A DNA stretch of 55,897 bases from a virus. Location: IMG/VR virus record IMGVR_UViG_3300046520_000074, one strand, 5' to 3'. Position 1 is the first letter of the stretch; each line of letters opens with the position of its first letter. Under the pieces are notes generated by a model. The model did not search any database and was not told the origin of the DNA. It worked only from the letters and a program-made list of their open reading frames with translations. Below are positions 41,207-50,798 of the stretch, in pieces. Position numbers and translations under genes: made by a program.

Positions 41207-41806
41207 ATGACAGCCAAGCAACCCGACTGGGAGGCGATCGAACGAGCCTACCGGGCCGGCGCGCTCTCCATCAGAACCATTGCCGAGCGCCAAGGCGTAA
41301 GCGACACCGCAATCAGGAAGAAGGCCAAGGCCCTTGGATGGGCGAGAGACCTTTCTGACCAGGTGCGCAAAGAGGTTCGCAGCAAGCTGGTTCGCGGAGA
41401 GGTTCGCAACGATCAAGGCGCGAACTGCGAACTGGATGCTGAGATCATCGAGGAGGCAGCGGAAGAAGGCGCCAAGGTGGTTCGCAGCCACCGGCGAGAC
41501 ATCCGCAAAGCCACGAACCTTGCGAACCTGCTGATGGACGATCTTTTGTCCACCATCCAGCGCCGAGTAGAGATCGAAGAAGACATCGAGGCGGAAACCT
41601 CCGAAGACAGCAACGGGATGCGCCGGGCTTCGATGCTCGCCGCCGTGGCGCTGCCCAGCAACTCCAAAACACTGTTCCAGCTTTCCTCAGCGATGAAGAA
41701 CCTGCAGGTTCTGGAGCGCCAGGCATACAGCCTGGACGAGAAAGAGAAGACGGATGAAGCCGATGAACTATCGAAAATGATGGACGAACTATCGAAGGAC
41801 GCCTGA
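41207..41806 (+). CDS. terS: Terminase small subunit
   Basis: N-terminal HTH (LSIRTIAERQGVSDTAIRKKA). It sits directly upstream of terL. Confidence 0.8.
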   Translation: MTAKQPDWEAIERAYRAGALSIRTIAERQGVSDTAIRKKAKALGWARDLSDQVRKEVRSKLVRGEVRNDQGANCELDAEIIEEAAEEGAKVVRSHRRDIRKATNLANLLMDDLLSTIQRRVEIEEDIEAETSEDSNGMRRASMLAAVALPSNSKTLFQLSSAMKNLQVLERQAYSLDEKEKTDEADELSKMMDELSKDA

Positions 41807-41807
41807 C

Positions 41808-43295
41808 ATGAAGCCCGAGCACATGAAGCTGCTCCGGGACAAGCGCTGGCGGTTGAATAATCTCTACTTCATCACCGACAAGCAGGGCAAGAAAGTCCGC
41901 TTCCGGATGACGGATGAGCAGATTGAATACTTCGATGGGATGCACACCCGCAACATCATCCTGAAGGCTCGACAACTCGGCTTCACCACCGAGTGCTGCA
42001 TCATCCAGCTGGACGCCGCTCTGTTCGAGTCGGCCAAGTGCGCGTTGATCGCTCACACCCTGAACGACGCCAAGCGCCTGTTCCGTGAGAAGGTGAAGTA
42101 CGCCTACGACAACCTGCCGAAAGAGATCCGCGCCGCCAACCCGGCGAGTAACGATGCAGCCGGCGAGCTGGTGTTCAGCAAAGGCGGCTCGATCTACGTT
42201 TCCACGTCCTTCCGGGGCGGCACGCTTCGCTACTTGCACGTCTCCGAGTTCGGGAAGATCTGCGCCAAGTTTCCGCACAAGGCGCGCGAGATCGTCACCG
42301 GTGCTTTCGAGGCGGTAGCTACAGACTGTTTCGTCACGATTGAATCGACGGCTGAAGGCCGGGCCGGCTACTTCTTCGATTACTCACAGAGCGCCGAGAA
42401 GCAACTGCTCTCCGGTACACCGCTCGGCAAGTTGGACTGGAAGTTCTTCTTCTTCAGTTGGTGGAAGAACAAAACCTATTGGCTCGATCCGGCCGAGGCG
42501 GTCATCCCGCAGCGGCTGACTGACTACTTCAACGAACTGTTCGCCAAGCACGGCATCGACACAAACCCGGGCCAGCGCGCCTGGTACGCCGCCAAGGAGA
42601 AGACCCTCGGCGACGACATGAAGCGGGAATACCCGTCGATCCCGGCTGAGGCCTTCCAGCAGTCGATCGAGGGTGCCTACTACGCCCAACAGTTCACCAA
42701 GCTGTATGCCGCTCAGCGCATAGGCACGCTGCCAGACAACAGCCACCTGCCGGTGATGACCTTCTGGGACATCGGCGTCGGGGACTCCACGGCCATCTGG
42801 TTCGTGCGTCAGGTCGGCAACGAGTACCACGTCATCGACTTCTACCAGAACAGCGGAGAAGGCCTGCGGCACTACATGAAGGTGCTGAAAGACAAGGGCT
42901 ACACCTACTCCGAGCACTGGGGGCCGCACGACATCGACAACCGCGAGTTTGGCAGCGATGCCAAGACTCGGCGGGAAATGGCGCGAGAAGGCTACGAGAT
43001 CGACGGCCAGCACTACCGTATGACGTTCCAGGTCGTGCCGAAAATCGGCGTCGATGACGGTATCGACCAGGCCCGCGAGATCATGGCCCATTGCGCATTC
43101 GACGAATCGAAGTGCGAAGAGGGGATCACCGCCCTGGAGAACTACCGCAAAGAGTGGGACGACAAGAAGGGCTGCTGGAAGGACAAGCCGCTCCATGACT
43201 GGGCGTCTCACCCGTCCGATGCATTCCGGTACTTCGCTGTCGCCAAGAGCGCAAAGAAGCCGGTCAAGTCAATCAAAATGGGATTCGCACGCTAA
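41808..43295 (+). CDS. terL: Terminase large subunit
   Basis: 495 aa. ILKARQLGFTT (Walker A-like). C-terminal nuclease-type acidic motifs. Position. Confidence 0.88.
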   Translation: MKPEHMKLLRDKRWRLNNLYFITDKQGKKVRFRMTDEQIEYFDGMHTRNIILKARQLGFTTECCIIQLDAALFESAKCALIAHTLNDAKRLFREKVKYAYDNLPKEIRAANPASNDAAGELVFSKGGSIYVSTSFRGGTLRYLHVSEFGKICAKFPHKAREIVTGAFEAVATDCFVTIESTAEGRAGYFFDYSQSAEKQLLSGTPLGKLDWKFFFFSWWKNKTYWLDPAEAVIPQRLTDYFNELFAKHGIDTNPGQRAWYAAKEKTLGDDMKREYPSIPAEAFQQSIEGAYYAQQFTKLYAAQRIGTLPDNSHLPVMTFWDIGVGDSTAIWFVRQVGNEYHVIDFYQNSGEGLRHYMKVLKDKGYTYSEHWGPHDIDNREFGSDAKTRREMAREGYEIDGQHYRMTFQVVPKIGVDDGIDQAREIMAHCAFDESKCEEGITALENYRKEWDDKKGCWKDKPLHDWASHPSDAFRYFAVAKSAKKPVKSIKMGFAR

Positions 43296-44755
43296 TGGCA
43301 GACGTCACTTACACCCGCCCGGAATACGACGCGGCACAGTCCCGTTGGCGGCTGGTGCGCGACGTGTGCAAGGGCTCCGAAACGGTCAAGGGGCGCGGCG
43401 ATGTCTATCTGCCGAAACCCAACGAGCATGACACGAGCAAAGAGAACCAGGATCGGTACAAGTCCTATAAGCAACGAGCGGTTTTCTACAACGCCACGGG
43501 GCGGACAAAAAACAGCCTGGTTGGTGCGGTTTTTCGTACCTGGCCCACGCTGACCGTCCCGGGTGCGCTCGACTACGTGTCCGGGGATATCGACGGGCAG
43601 GGCGTCAGCGTCTATCAGCAGTCGCAGTCGGTCATCGGGCATTTGCTTGAGGTCGGCCGGCACGGGCTGCTGGTGGATTATGCCGTCGTTCAGCCTGGCA
43701 CGGTGAGCAAGGCAGACGAGCAAGCAGGCCGGGCGCGGGCGAGCGTTGCCAGCTACCCGGCCGAGTCAATCAGGAACTGGAAGACCCGCAAGGTCGGTGG
43801 TCAGCACCTTTTGAGCCTGGTGGTGTTGCAGGAGTCGGTGGACGTTGATACCGATGACGGCTTCGGTAGCGAAAAGGTTGTGCAATATCGGGTTTTGCGC
43901 TTGGACGAGGCCGGTGTTTATACCCAGGAGGTGTGGCAGCAAGGCAGTAGCGAGACGTCGATGATCACCCCGCCTTTCACACCACTGAATGGCCTTGGTC
44001 AGCCGTGGAAGATTATTCCGTTCCAGTTTCTCGGCAGCGAAAACAATGACACCAGCATCGACGACGCGCCGCTGTACGACATGGCTGTACTGAACATCGG
44101 TCATTACTGCAACAGTGCGGACTATGAGGACTCTGTCTGGTTCTCGGGTCAGCCGCAGTTCTGGATTTCTGGGCTTGATGAGGCTTGGCGCGACCACCTT
44201 GAAGCCAATGGCATCTATGTCGGCTCCAGGGCCCCCTTGACGCTTCCTGCCAATGGGTCGTGCGGGTTTGCTCAGCCAGAGCCGAACACGCTTGTGAAAG
44301 AGGCCATGGATGCCAAGAAGGAAGACATGGTGTCGCTCGGCGCCCGACTGATCGAGCGTGGTAGCGCAGTGAAAACCGCAACCCAGGCCGACAACGATAG
44401 CGCCGCCGAACACAGCGTTCTATCCCTGGTAGTGAGCAACGTTAGCGAGGCGTACAGCCAGTGCCTGGCCTGGATGGCGGAGTTCGTCAATGTGCCTGGT
44501 GAGGTGGTCTATAAGCTCAACCAAGACTTCAGCCAAATCACTCTGGACGCAACGATTCTGGCTGCTCTGTTCAATGCGGTGCAGGGCGGTAAGCTGCCGG
44601 AAGGTGACTTCTGGCAGTACCTGCGTGATCGCGGCGTGATCAACCCAGAGAAGACGGACGACGACATTCGGGGCGAGCTTGAAACGCAAAGCGCTGGGCC
44701 TGACCTGGATGATGACGAGGCGAACCTAAATGGCGGCAACCCAAGCAATCCTTGA
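43295..44755 (+). CDS. Portal protein
   Basis: 486 aa, follows terL with an overlap. DUF4055-like N-terminus (RWRLVRDVCKGSETVK). Confidence 0.85.
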   Translation: MADVTYTRPEYDAAQSRWRLVRDVCKGSETVKGRGDVYLPKPNEHDTSKENQDRYKSYKQRAVFYNATGRTKNSLVGAVFRTWPTLTVPGALDYVSGDIDGQGVSVYQQSQSVIGHLLEVGRHGLLVDYAVVQPGTVSKADEQAGRARASVASYPAESIRNWKTRKVGGQHLLSLVVLQESVDVDTDDGFGSEKVVQYRVLRLDEAGVYTQEVWQQGSSETSMITPPFTPLNGLGQPWKIIPFQFLGSENNDTSIDDAPLYDMAVLNIGHYCNSADYEDSVWFSGQPQFWISGLDEAWRDHLEANGIYVGSRAPLTLPANGSCGFAQPEPNTLVKEAMDAKKEDMVSLGARLIERGSAVKTATQADNDSAAEHSVLSLVVSNVSEAYSQCLAWMAEFVNVPGEVVYKLNQDFSQITLDATILAALFNAVQGGKLPEGDFWQYLRDRGVINPEKTDDDIRGELETQSAGPDLDDDEANLNGGNPSNP

Positions 44756-45818
44756 CGCCACCATCCGGCATGCCGTCTTTCTGGAGCAACTGAAGTCGGG
44801 AGAGGTGGCGAAGTTCGCGCCATTCCTCAAGGAGATCGATCGCTCGATTCGTGAACGGCTGACCCGGGCGGATTTGACGGATTACACCGTCGCGCGCCTG
44901 GAGCGGCTGCTGAGCGAGGTGGATAGCCTGCTGTTGGGCATCTTCGACCGGTACAGCGAGAAGCTGAACCTCGATCTGGTGGACATCGCCAACTACGAGG
45001 CCGAGTTTGAGGCTACCAGCCTGACTCGGGCGGCACCGGTGGGCGTCACCTTCGACGCGGCGGTGCCTGGTGCTGCGGCAATCAGGACGGCCATTCTCAC
45101 CAACCCGCTCAGTGTGCGCGGCGCCGACGGCGGGAAGCTGCTCAAGTCGTTCATTGATGGCTTCACCAGCACCGAGCGGCAACGCCTCACAGGCGCGATC
45201 AGGCAGGGTTTTTTCGAAGGCCAGACGAACTTCCAGATCATCAAGAACATTCGCGGCACCAAGGCGCTCCAGTACAACGACGGCATCCTTGCCACGACCA
45301 GCCGGAACGCCGGCGCGGTGGTGAGAACTGCCGTGCAGCACGTCGCCACCCAGGCGCGCATGGAGACCCTGAAAGAGAACTCCGATGTTGTGCAGTCGGT
45401 GGAATGGGTCAGCACCCTGGATTCGAAGACCACCAGCCAGTGCCGGACGCTGGATAAGCGCCGGTTCAAGCTGGCTGAGGGTCCAAGGCCTCCGATCCAC
45501 ATCAACTGCCGCTCGACGGTAGTTGCGGTGACTCGCTTCAGCGCCTTGTTCGCCAAGGACGCCACTCGGGCATCCATCGGCGACGGCGGTGCGCAGCAGG
45601 TGAGGGCAGAACTCAGCTACTACGACTGGCTCAAGCAGCAGCCAGCCGCGTTCCAGGACAAGGCCATCGGCCCGGTCCGCGCCAAGCTCTTCCGCGAAGG
45701 CGGCCTGAGCATCGAACGATTCTCCGAACTACAGCTTGATCGCAACTTTTCACCTCTGACCCTTGTGCAGATGAAGGCTCTTGAGCCTCTGGCGTTCGAG
45801 CGGGCGGGCATCAAATAA
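44730..45818 (+). CDS. Head morphogenesis protein (Mu F / SPP1 gp7 family)
   Basis: STLDSKTTSQCRTLD...PPIHINCRST motif. Confidence 0.8.
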   Translation: MAATQAILDATIRHAVFLEQLKSGEVAKFAPFLKEIDRSIRERLTRADLTDYTVARLERLLSEVDSLLLGIFDRYSEKLNLDLVDIANYEAEFEATSLTRAAPVGVTFDAAVPGAAAIRTAILTNPLSVRGADGGKLLKSFIDGFTSTERQRLTGAIRQGFFEGQTNFQIIKNIRGTKALQYNDGILATTSRNAGAVVRTAVQHVATQARMETLKENSDVVQSVEWVSTLDSKTTSQCRTLDKRRFKLAEGPRPPIHINCRSTVVAVTRFSALFAKDATRASIGDGGAQQVRAELSYYDWLKQQPAAFQDKAIGPVRAKLFREGGLSIERFSELQLDRNFSPLTLVQMKALEPLAFERAGIK

Positions 45819-45831
45819 CCTGGAAATCCAC

Positions 45832-46146
45832 ATGAACGACAAAGCAATCGAGCAAGAGATCCAAGCCAAGGGCCTGACTGCGCCGCGTGTCAGCTTCGCA
45901 GAGCTGCAAGCCAACATCGCCCATACGGAGATCGTTAAGCACGTTTCTCCCTCGGGCCAGGTCCTGCGCTGGGCTGTGCTTACCACGGTTAACGGATTCG
46001 CCGTGACCGGTCGCCCATCTGCAAGCGCGTCGTCTGCAAACGACAATGCTGAGATCGGCGAGAAGATCGCCATCGAGAACGCAACCCAGGAACTGTGGCC
46101 GCTGATGGGCTACGCGCTGAAGCAGCAATTGCACGAAGCCAAGTAA
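45832..46146 (+). CDS. Gp49-like protein (PF13876-like)
   Basis: KGLTAPRVS...NGFAVTG...ENA...WPLMGYAL. Confidence 0.6.
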   Translation: MNDKAIEQEIQAKGLTAPRVSFAELQANIAHTEIVKHVSPSGQVLRWAVLTTVNGFAVTGRPSASASSANDNAEIGEKIAIENATQELWPLMGYALKQQLHEAK

Positions 46147-46169
46147 CTGAACACCGAACACCGAACACC

Positions 46170-46192
46170 AAGCCGGCCATGAGCCGGCTTTT
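46170..46192 (+). terminator. Rho-independent terminator
   Basis: agccggc-catga-gccggct followed by tttt. Confidence 0.7.
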
Positions 46193-46239
46193 TCATGTCT
46201 GCGGGCAGGGCCTGCAAATCGTCTCTGGGAGACAAGCAA

Positions 46240-46950
46240 ATGGGTTTGAAATATCAGCTGGACACTCTTGACGGTCTCGATGACTCCGTTAAATCGCTCT
46301 ACACCGAGAAGGAAGGCAAGTTTGTCCTCGGTATTGAAGGCCTGCCGCAACCAGAAGATGTATCCGGCCTGAAGTCGAAGGTGGAAGAGCTGCTCGGCGA
46401 GAAGAAAGCCGCCGAGAAGGCTCGCAAGGATGCGGAAGAGCAGGCCCGCCTGGATCGCGAAGAAGCAGCTCGCAAGTCCGGCAACGTCGAAGAGCTCGAA
46501 AAGTCCTGGTCCGAAAAATACAACCGCCGCGAAGCTGAGCTGAACGGCATGCTGGAGCAGGAGCGTGGAACGCTGGGCGGACAGATCCGGGATCTGACCG
46601 TCGGCCGTACCGCTACTGATATCGCGTCTGCCCTGGCAATTCCAGGCAGCGCCAAAGCCCTGTTGCCGCACATCGAACGCCGCCTGGGCGTCGAGCAGCG
46701 CGACGGGAAGCCTGTTGTGGTCGTCCTCGATCCGCAGGGCAAGCTCTCGGCGGCAACGCTGGATGAGCTGAAAGCAGAATTCGCAAACGACACGGCCTTC
46801 GCGCCGTTGATCGCGGGCAGTAAGGCATCTGGTGGCGGGGCCAGCGGTGCTGGAGGTAGCGGCGGGGCCGCAAAAGGAAAAATCGGCGGCACCAAAGAGG
46901 AACGACAGGCAGCAATCGCGAGCCGGTTCCCGGATCTCCCACAATCGTAA
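46240..46950 (+). CDS. Scaffolding protein
   Basis: Charged coiled-coil centre and a Gly-rich tail. It immediately precedes the capsid gene. Confidence 0.75.
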   Translation: MGLKYQLDTLDGLDDSVKSLYTEKEGKFVLGIEGLPQPEDVSGLKSKVEELLGEKKAAEKARKDAEEQARLDREEAARKSGNVEELEKSWSEKYNRREAELNGMLEQERGTLGGQIRDLTVGRTATDIASALAIPGSAKALLPHIERRLGVEQRDGKPVVVVLDPQGKLSAATLDELKAEFANDTAFAPLIAGSKASGGGASGAGGSGGAAKGKIGGTKEERQAAIASRFPDLPQS

Positions 46951-46961
46951 GGAAATAACCT

Positions 46962-47930
46962 ATGTCCCTGTCGCAAATGCAGGTTTTCAACGAATACATC
47001 ATGCCGGCGACTCTCGAGACGCTGGATCAGTATCTCGCCGCTTTCAACGCCGCAAGTCGCGGCGCCATCGTGCTGTCTCCGGACGGCTTCACTGGTGACT
47101 TCCTCCAGGAGTCGTTCTTCCAGACTCTGGCCGCTGCTCAGCGCCGTGTGGATCGCTACAGCGCAAACGCTGCTGTCGCCGCGACCGACCTGACCGAGCT
47201 GAAGAACACTTCGGTGAAGGTGGCCGGTGGCTTCGGTCCGATACGATACGAGCCGTCGCAAATGACCTGGCTGGAGCGCCCAACCACGCAAGGTATCGAG
47301 GTTGCTAGCCGCGCGTTCGCTGAAATCCTGTTGAAGGATCAACTGAACACCGCGATCGCCGCCCTGGTAGCTGCTATCACCGCCCAGGCTGCTGCCGTCA
47401 ACGATGTGTCGGCTACCGATGGCATCACCTACGCCGGCCTGAACAACGCACACGCGAAGTTCGGTGACGCAAGCCAGAACCTGGTAACCCAGGTGATGCA
47501 GGGCACCAGCTACCACAAGTTGGTCGGCCAGAATCTGGCGAACCAGCAGCAGCTGTTCCAGGCAGGCAACGTCCGTGTGGTGGACATCCTCGGCAAGATC
47601 TCCGTTGTGACGGATGCTCCGGCGCTGATGCAGGCCGGCACCCCAAACAAGGAAATCATCCTCTCCCTGGTGCAAGGCGCTGCGCTGGTCCACGACGGCC
47701 GCGATATTGTCAGCAACGTCGAGACCACCAACGGCAAGGAGCGCATCGAAACCACCCTCCAGACCGACTACACCTTCGGCCTGGGCCTCAAGGGTTACAC
47801 CTGGGACGCCACCGCCGGCGGCAAGTCGCCAACCGACGCCGAGCTGTCTACCGGCACCAATTGGGACAAGACCGCCACCAGCATCAAGCACACCGCCGGT
47901 GTTGCACTGATCGGTGACGCCTCCAAGTAA
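46962..47930 (+). CDS. Major capsid protein
   Basis: 322 aa. Called from position after the scaffold and strong codon bias. A hairpin follows at 47946-47962. Confidence 0.85.
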   Translation: MSLSQMQVFNEYIMPATLETLDQYLAAFNAASRGAIVLSPDGFTGDFLQESFFQTLAAAQRRVDRYSANAAVAATDLTELKNTSVKVAGGFGPIRYEPSQMTWLERPTTQGIEVASRAFAEILLKDQLNTAIAALVAAITAQAAAVNDVSATDGITYAGLNNAHAKFGDASQNLVTQVMQGTSYHKLVGQNLANQQQLFQAGNVRVVDILGKISVVTDAPALMQAGTPNKEIILSLVQGAALVHDGRDIVSNVETTNGKERIETTLQTDYTFGLGLKGYTWDATAGGKSPTDAELSTGTNWDKTATSIKHTAGVALIGDASK

Positions 47931-47945
47931 CCCTTCAAAGCTGAG

Positions 47946-47962
47946 CCGGGCGTTTCGCCCGG
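47946..47962 (+). terminator. Hairpin after the capsid gene (attenuator/stabiliser)
   Basis: ccgggcg-ttt-cgcccgg with only a short T tail. Confidence 0.4.
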
Positions 47963-47974
47963 TTCAGTGAGGAC

Positions 47975-48547
47975 ATGATCATGAGCAACAAAAACGTCTG
48001 GTATCTACCGGGCCCGTTTCACCAGTACCAGGAAGACGTGAAAGCCCTGGCGAAAAAGGCAGGCCTTCGCATCATCGACGCGAACGTGACCGAAAGCCGT
48101 GAAGATGAGGCTGAGGAAACTCCTGAAGTGACGATCCGGGAAATGGCACAGCCGTTGGCTCCTGTTGCTGACCAGGGCGACCCAGTCGACGTTGACGAAC
48201 TGGTTGCCCAGCTTCGCGGAATTGCCGGCCTGATTGATGCCGCTGAGGGCCTTGCTCCGCTGGAGCATCCTGGCGCCGGAGAGTTAGCTATCCGGCTGTT
48301 CGATGTGATGAAGGGTATCAGCGAAGGCATGAACGACCTGGAGGGGCTGCGTAGCACTCTGGCGCAGGAAAACGAAGCGCTGCGGGGAGAGATTGAAGAG
48401 CTCAAGGCGGCTGCCGATCAGTCGAAGGCCGAGCATGACAAGGCTTCAGCTCTCAAGGCCAAACTCGACGACGCGGGCGTTTCCTACCGCTCCAATGCTT
48501 CGATTGAATCGCTGGAAAAGGCTGTCGCTGAACTGTCCAAGGACTGA
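47975..48547 (+). CDS. Hypothetical head-associated acidic protein
   Basis: 190-aa ORF in the head module. Confidence 0.6.
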   Translation: MIMSNKNVWYLPGPFHQYQEDVKALAKKAGLRIIDANVTESREDEAEETPEVTIREMAQPLAPVADQGDPVDVDELVAQLRGIAGLIDAAEGLAPLEHPGAGELAIRLFDVMKGISEGMNDLEGLRSTLAQENEALRGEIEELKAAADQSKAEHDKASALKAKLDDAGVSYRSNASIESLEKAVAELSKD

Positions 48548-48588
48548 TACTTCGGTCGATCATCAAAACCAAACCTGCGAGTTACTCC

Positions 48589-49092
48589 ATGACACTCATC
48601 ATTGAGGACGGAACCGGGAAGCCGGACGCCGAAAGCTACGCGAGCGCCGAGGATCTGGCGCTGTATGCCGTGAAGTTCGGCGTCGTCATTCCTGCTGATG
48701 TGCCCGCGCAAGAAGCGTTGCTTCGCCGGTCCGCCTTGGCGATGGATGGCATGACCTGGAAAGGTCGGAAGATGAGCAGCGAGCAGGCTCTGGCTTGGCC
48801 GCGCCGGGGCGTCCAACTGGATTGCGAAATCAAGCCGGACAACTATCTCCCGGCGCGCATCCAGTACGGCCAGATGGCCTTGGCAGCAGAAATTCACCAG
48901 GATGACGTTGACCCGATCGACAAGCGCAAAGGTGCAGTTACGCTAGAGCGCGTCGAAGGCGCTGTAACTCGTGAGTACGCGACGATTTCCAACACCAGCG
49001 GACGACTCTTGCCCGCGGCACCGGATCGGCCGAGCGCTACGCAGTTTGCCGACTATTTGCAGAAGCGTGGGTTGTTCGCTGTTCGTGCATAG
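48589..49092 (+). CDS. Head-tail connector (DnaT-like / gp6-like N-terminus)
   Basis: MTLIIEDGTGKPDAESYASAEDLALYA is typical of this adaptor family. Confidence 0.7.
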   Translation: MTLIIEDGTGKPDAESYASAEDLALYAVKFGVVIPADVPAQEALLRRSALAMDGMTWKGRKMSSEQALAWPRRGVQLDCEIKPDNYLPARIQYGQMALAAEIHQDDVDPIDKRKGAVTLERVEGAVTREYATISNTSGRLLPAAPDRPSATQFADYLQKRGLFAVRA

Positions 49093-49294
49093 TTGTAATG
49101 CGGGGGAATGCGCAGGCTGATGCGTGAGGAAGCTACACGGGTTTGCCGGTGAAATTCCGGTGCTCCTGCAAGGTTTGCGACCAGCGTTGCCGGTTCGAGT
49201 CCGGACGGAACCTTGCATGCCGGGATCAGCTCCGGCACCCCGCACCCATTCAAAGGCCTAGCCATCGCGCTGGCTTTTCACATATGGAGCCACC

Positions 49295-49663
49295 ATGGCC
49301 TTCTACGACGAAATGGCCGTGATGGCTCTGGACATGATCACAGAGTTCGGCCAGCCCGTGATCATTCGGGACATCAAGGTCGGCGAATACGACCCTGGCA
49401 CAGGCACCGTGCCACCGGATACCGTCGTTGAGCAGACCGCCCAGGGCATCCTACTCGACTTCACCGGGCAAGAATTCCAAGCCAACAGCCTCATCAAGGT
49501 TGGCGACAAAAAGCTCAAGATCGCTGCGCAGGACCTGGACTGGCCTCCAAGCCTCCTGAACAAAGTCATCGTTCAGGGGCGCACATGGTCGATTATTCCA
49601 CCGCTGAAAGAGATCAGCCCGGCCGGAACGCCGATTCTTTATGAACTGCAGGTGAGGTCGTGA
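49295..49663 (+). CDS. Head-tail joining protein
   Basis: 122 aa, in the position between the connector and a gp10-like gene. Confidence 0.6.
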   Translation: MAFYDEMAVMALDMITEFGQPVIIRDIKVGEYDPGTGTVPPDTVVEQTAQGILLDFTGQEFQANSLIKVGDKKLKIAAQDLDWPPSLLNKVIVQGRTWSIIPPLKEISPAGTPILYELQVRS

Positions 49664-50316
49664 GTAGGGCAGGCGCCGGCCAATCCGGCAGTTTCGCCTT
49701 GAGCCTGGCCGAGTTCGCTCAGCAGGCTACGGAGGCCATCGACGCGAGCCTGCGCGAGATCATCATCGAAATCGGCAGCAGCATTATTCGCATGTCACCG
49801 GTAGGCAACCCTGAAATCTGGGCGGCGAACGTCACTTATCGGCAAGCGAATGCGCGGGCGGCTGATGACTATGACTTCAAGGTTGCCGTTCGAAACACTG
49901 TCATCAACCTGACCGACAGTAATTTCACCAAGGCTGGAAAGCTGAGGCGCGGCGTGAAGTACGCCAAACCCCTGACCAAAACTGAGCGGGACCAGAATTT
50001 CAACGTAAACGGATTGGTCGCCGGGCAGGACTATGTGGGCGGCCGGTTCCGTGGGAACTGGAATTTCTCTATCGGGTACCCGGACAACAGTTTTCGAATT
50101 CAACCAGACCCGACAGGCGAGGCAACCATGGCCCGACTGGTCAATGGGGCGATTGAGTTCAAGGCGGGGCAGACGGCTTTCATCGTGAACAATCTACCGT
50201 ACGCCATCCCGCTGGAGTTCGGTCATTCCACCCAGGCCCCCGGCGGCATGGTTCGGGTAACCGTGGCCCGCTTCCAGCAGATCGTGCTGGAGGCAATCAG
50301 GAACAACCAGGTATGA
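49660..50316 (+). CDS. HK97 gp10-like neck/tail completion protein
   Basis: LPYAIPLEFGHSTQAPGGMVR motif. Confidence 0.7.
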   Translation: MSRAGAGQSGSFALSLAEFAQQATEAIDASLREIIIEIGSSIIRMSPVGNPEIWAANVTYRQANARAADDYDFKVAVRNTVINLTDSNFTKAGKLRRGVKYAKPLTKTERDQNFNVNGLVAGQDYVGGRFRGNWNFSIGYPDNSFRIQPDPTGEATMARLVNGAIEFKAGQTAFIVNNLPYAIPLEFGHSTQAPGGMVRVTVARFQQIVLEAIRNNQV

Positions 50317-50729
50317 GCCACAAGATCATTCGCTCGCTACTGGAGTCGCGCTTGAACGCCTGGGCGAGCGCTCGAACGCCCGTGTTGCGCATTGCGTACC
50401 AGAACGTGGCGTTCACACCAGTCGACGACGAGACGTATCTTCGAGCGTTTCTCCTGCCGGCCGGTACCGACAGCAACGACCTGGCCGGTGCGCACCGGCT
50501 GTACACCGGTGTGTTTCAAATCACCATCGTGACGCCAACAGGCAATGGCCCATCCGGCGCCGAAACGATCGCTGATGAGCTTGCAGCGCTGTACCCGCTC
50601 AACGACCGGCTGGTTCGCAATGGCCTCACGGCCTTGATCATGACTCCGGTTGAGCCAGGCCCCGAACAAACTGAGGACACAGCGTTCGCCTTGCCCGTGT
50701 CGTTCCAGTACCGAGCCGACACCACTTAA
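50313..50729 (+). CDS. Tail terminator-like protein (DUF4128-like)
   Basis: Position directly before the major tail gene. 138 aa. Confidence 0.6.
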   Translation: MSHKIIRSLLESRLNAWASARTPVLRIAYQNVAFTPVDDETYLRAFLLPAGTDSNDLAGAHRLYTGVFQITIVTPTGNGPSGAETIADELAALYPLNDRLVRNGLTALIMTPVEPGPEQTEDTAFALPVSFQYRADTT

Positions 50730-50753
50730 TCCGCCCGTTGGGCAACCCAGAAA

Positions 50754-50773
50754 CCCGCCATCGAGCGGGTTTT
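50754..50773 (+). terminator. Hairpin terminator/attenuator before the major tail gene
   Basis: cccgc-catcga-gcggg followed by tttt. The hairpin is identical to the one at 8441. Confidence 0.6.
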
Positions 50774-50798
50774 GTCATTTCTGCACAGAGGAAAACCC

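Noticed and set aside
46299-47891. 530-aa minus-strand ORF, and similar long antisense ORFs (3378-4349, 4404-5411, 45811-46944, 42384-43211)
   Set aside because: They lie antisense to well-supported structural genes (capsid, scaffold, J, terL). They are Arg/Ala/Gly/Pro-rich as expected for shadow frames in GC-rich DNA, and they lack RBS and start context.
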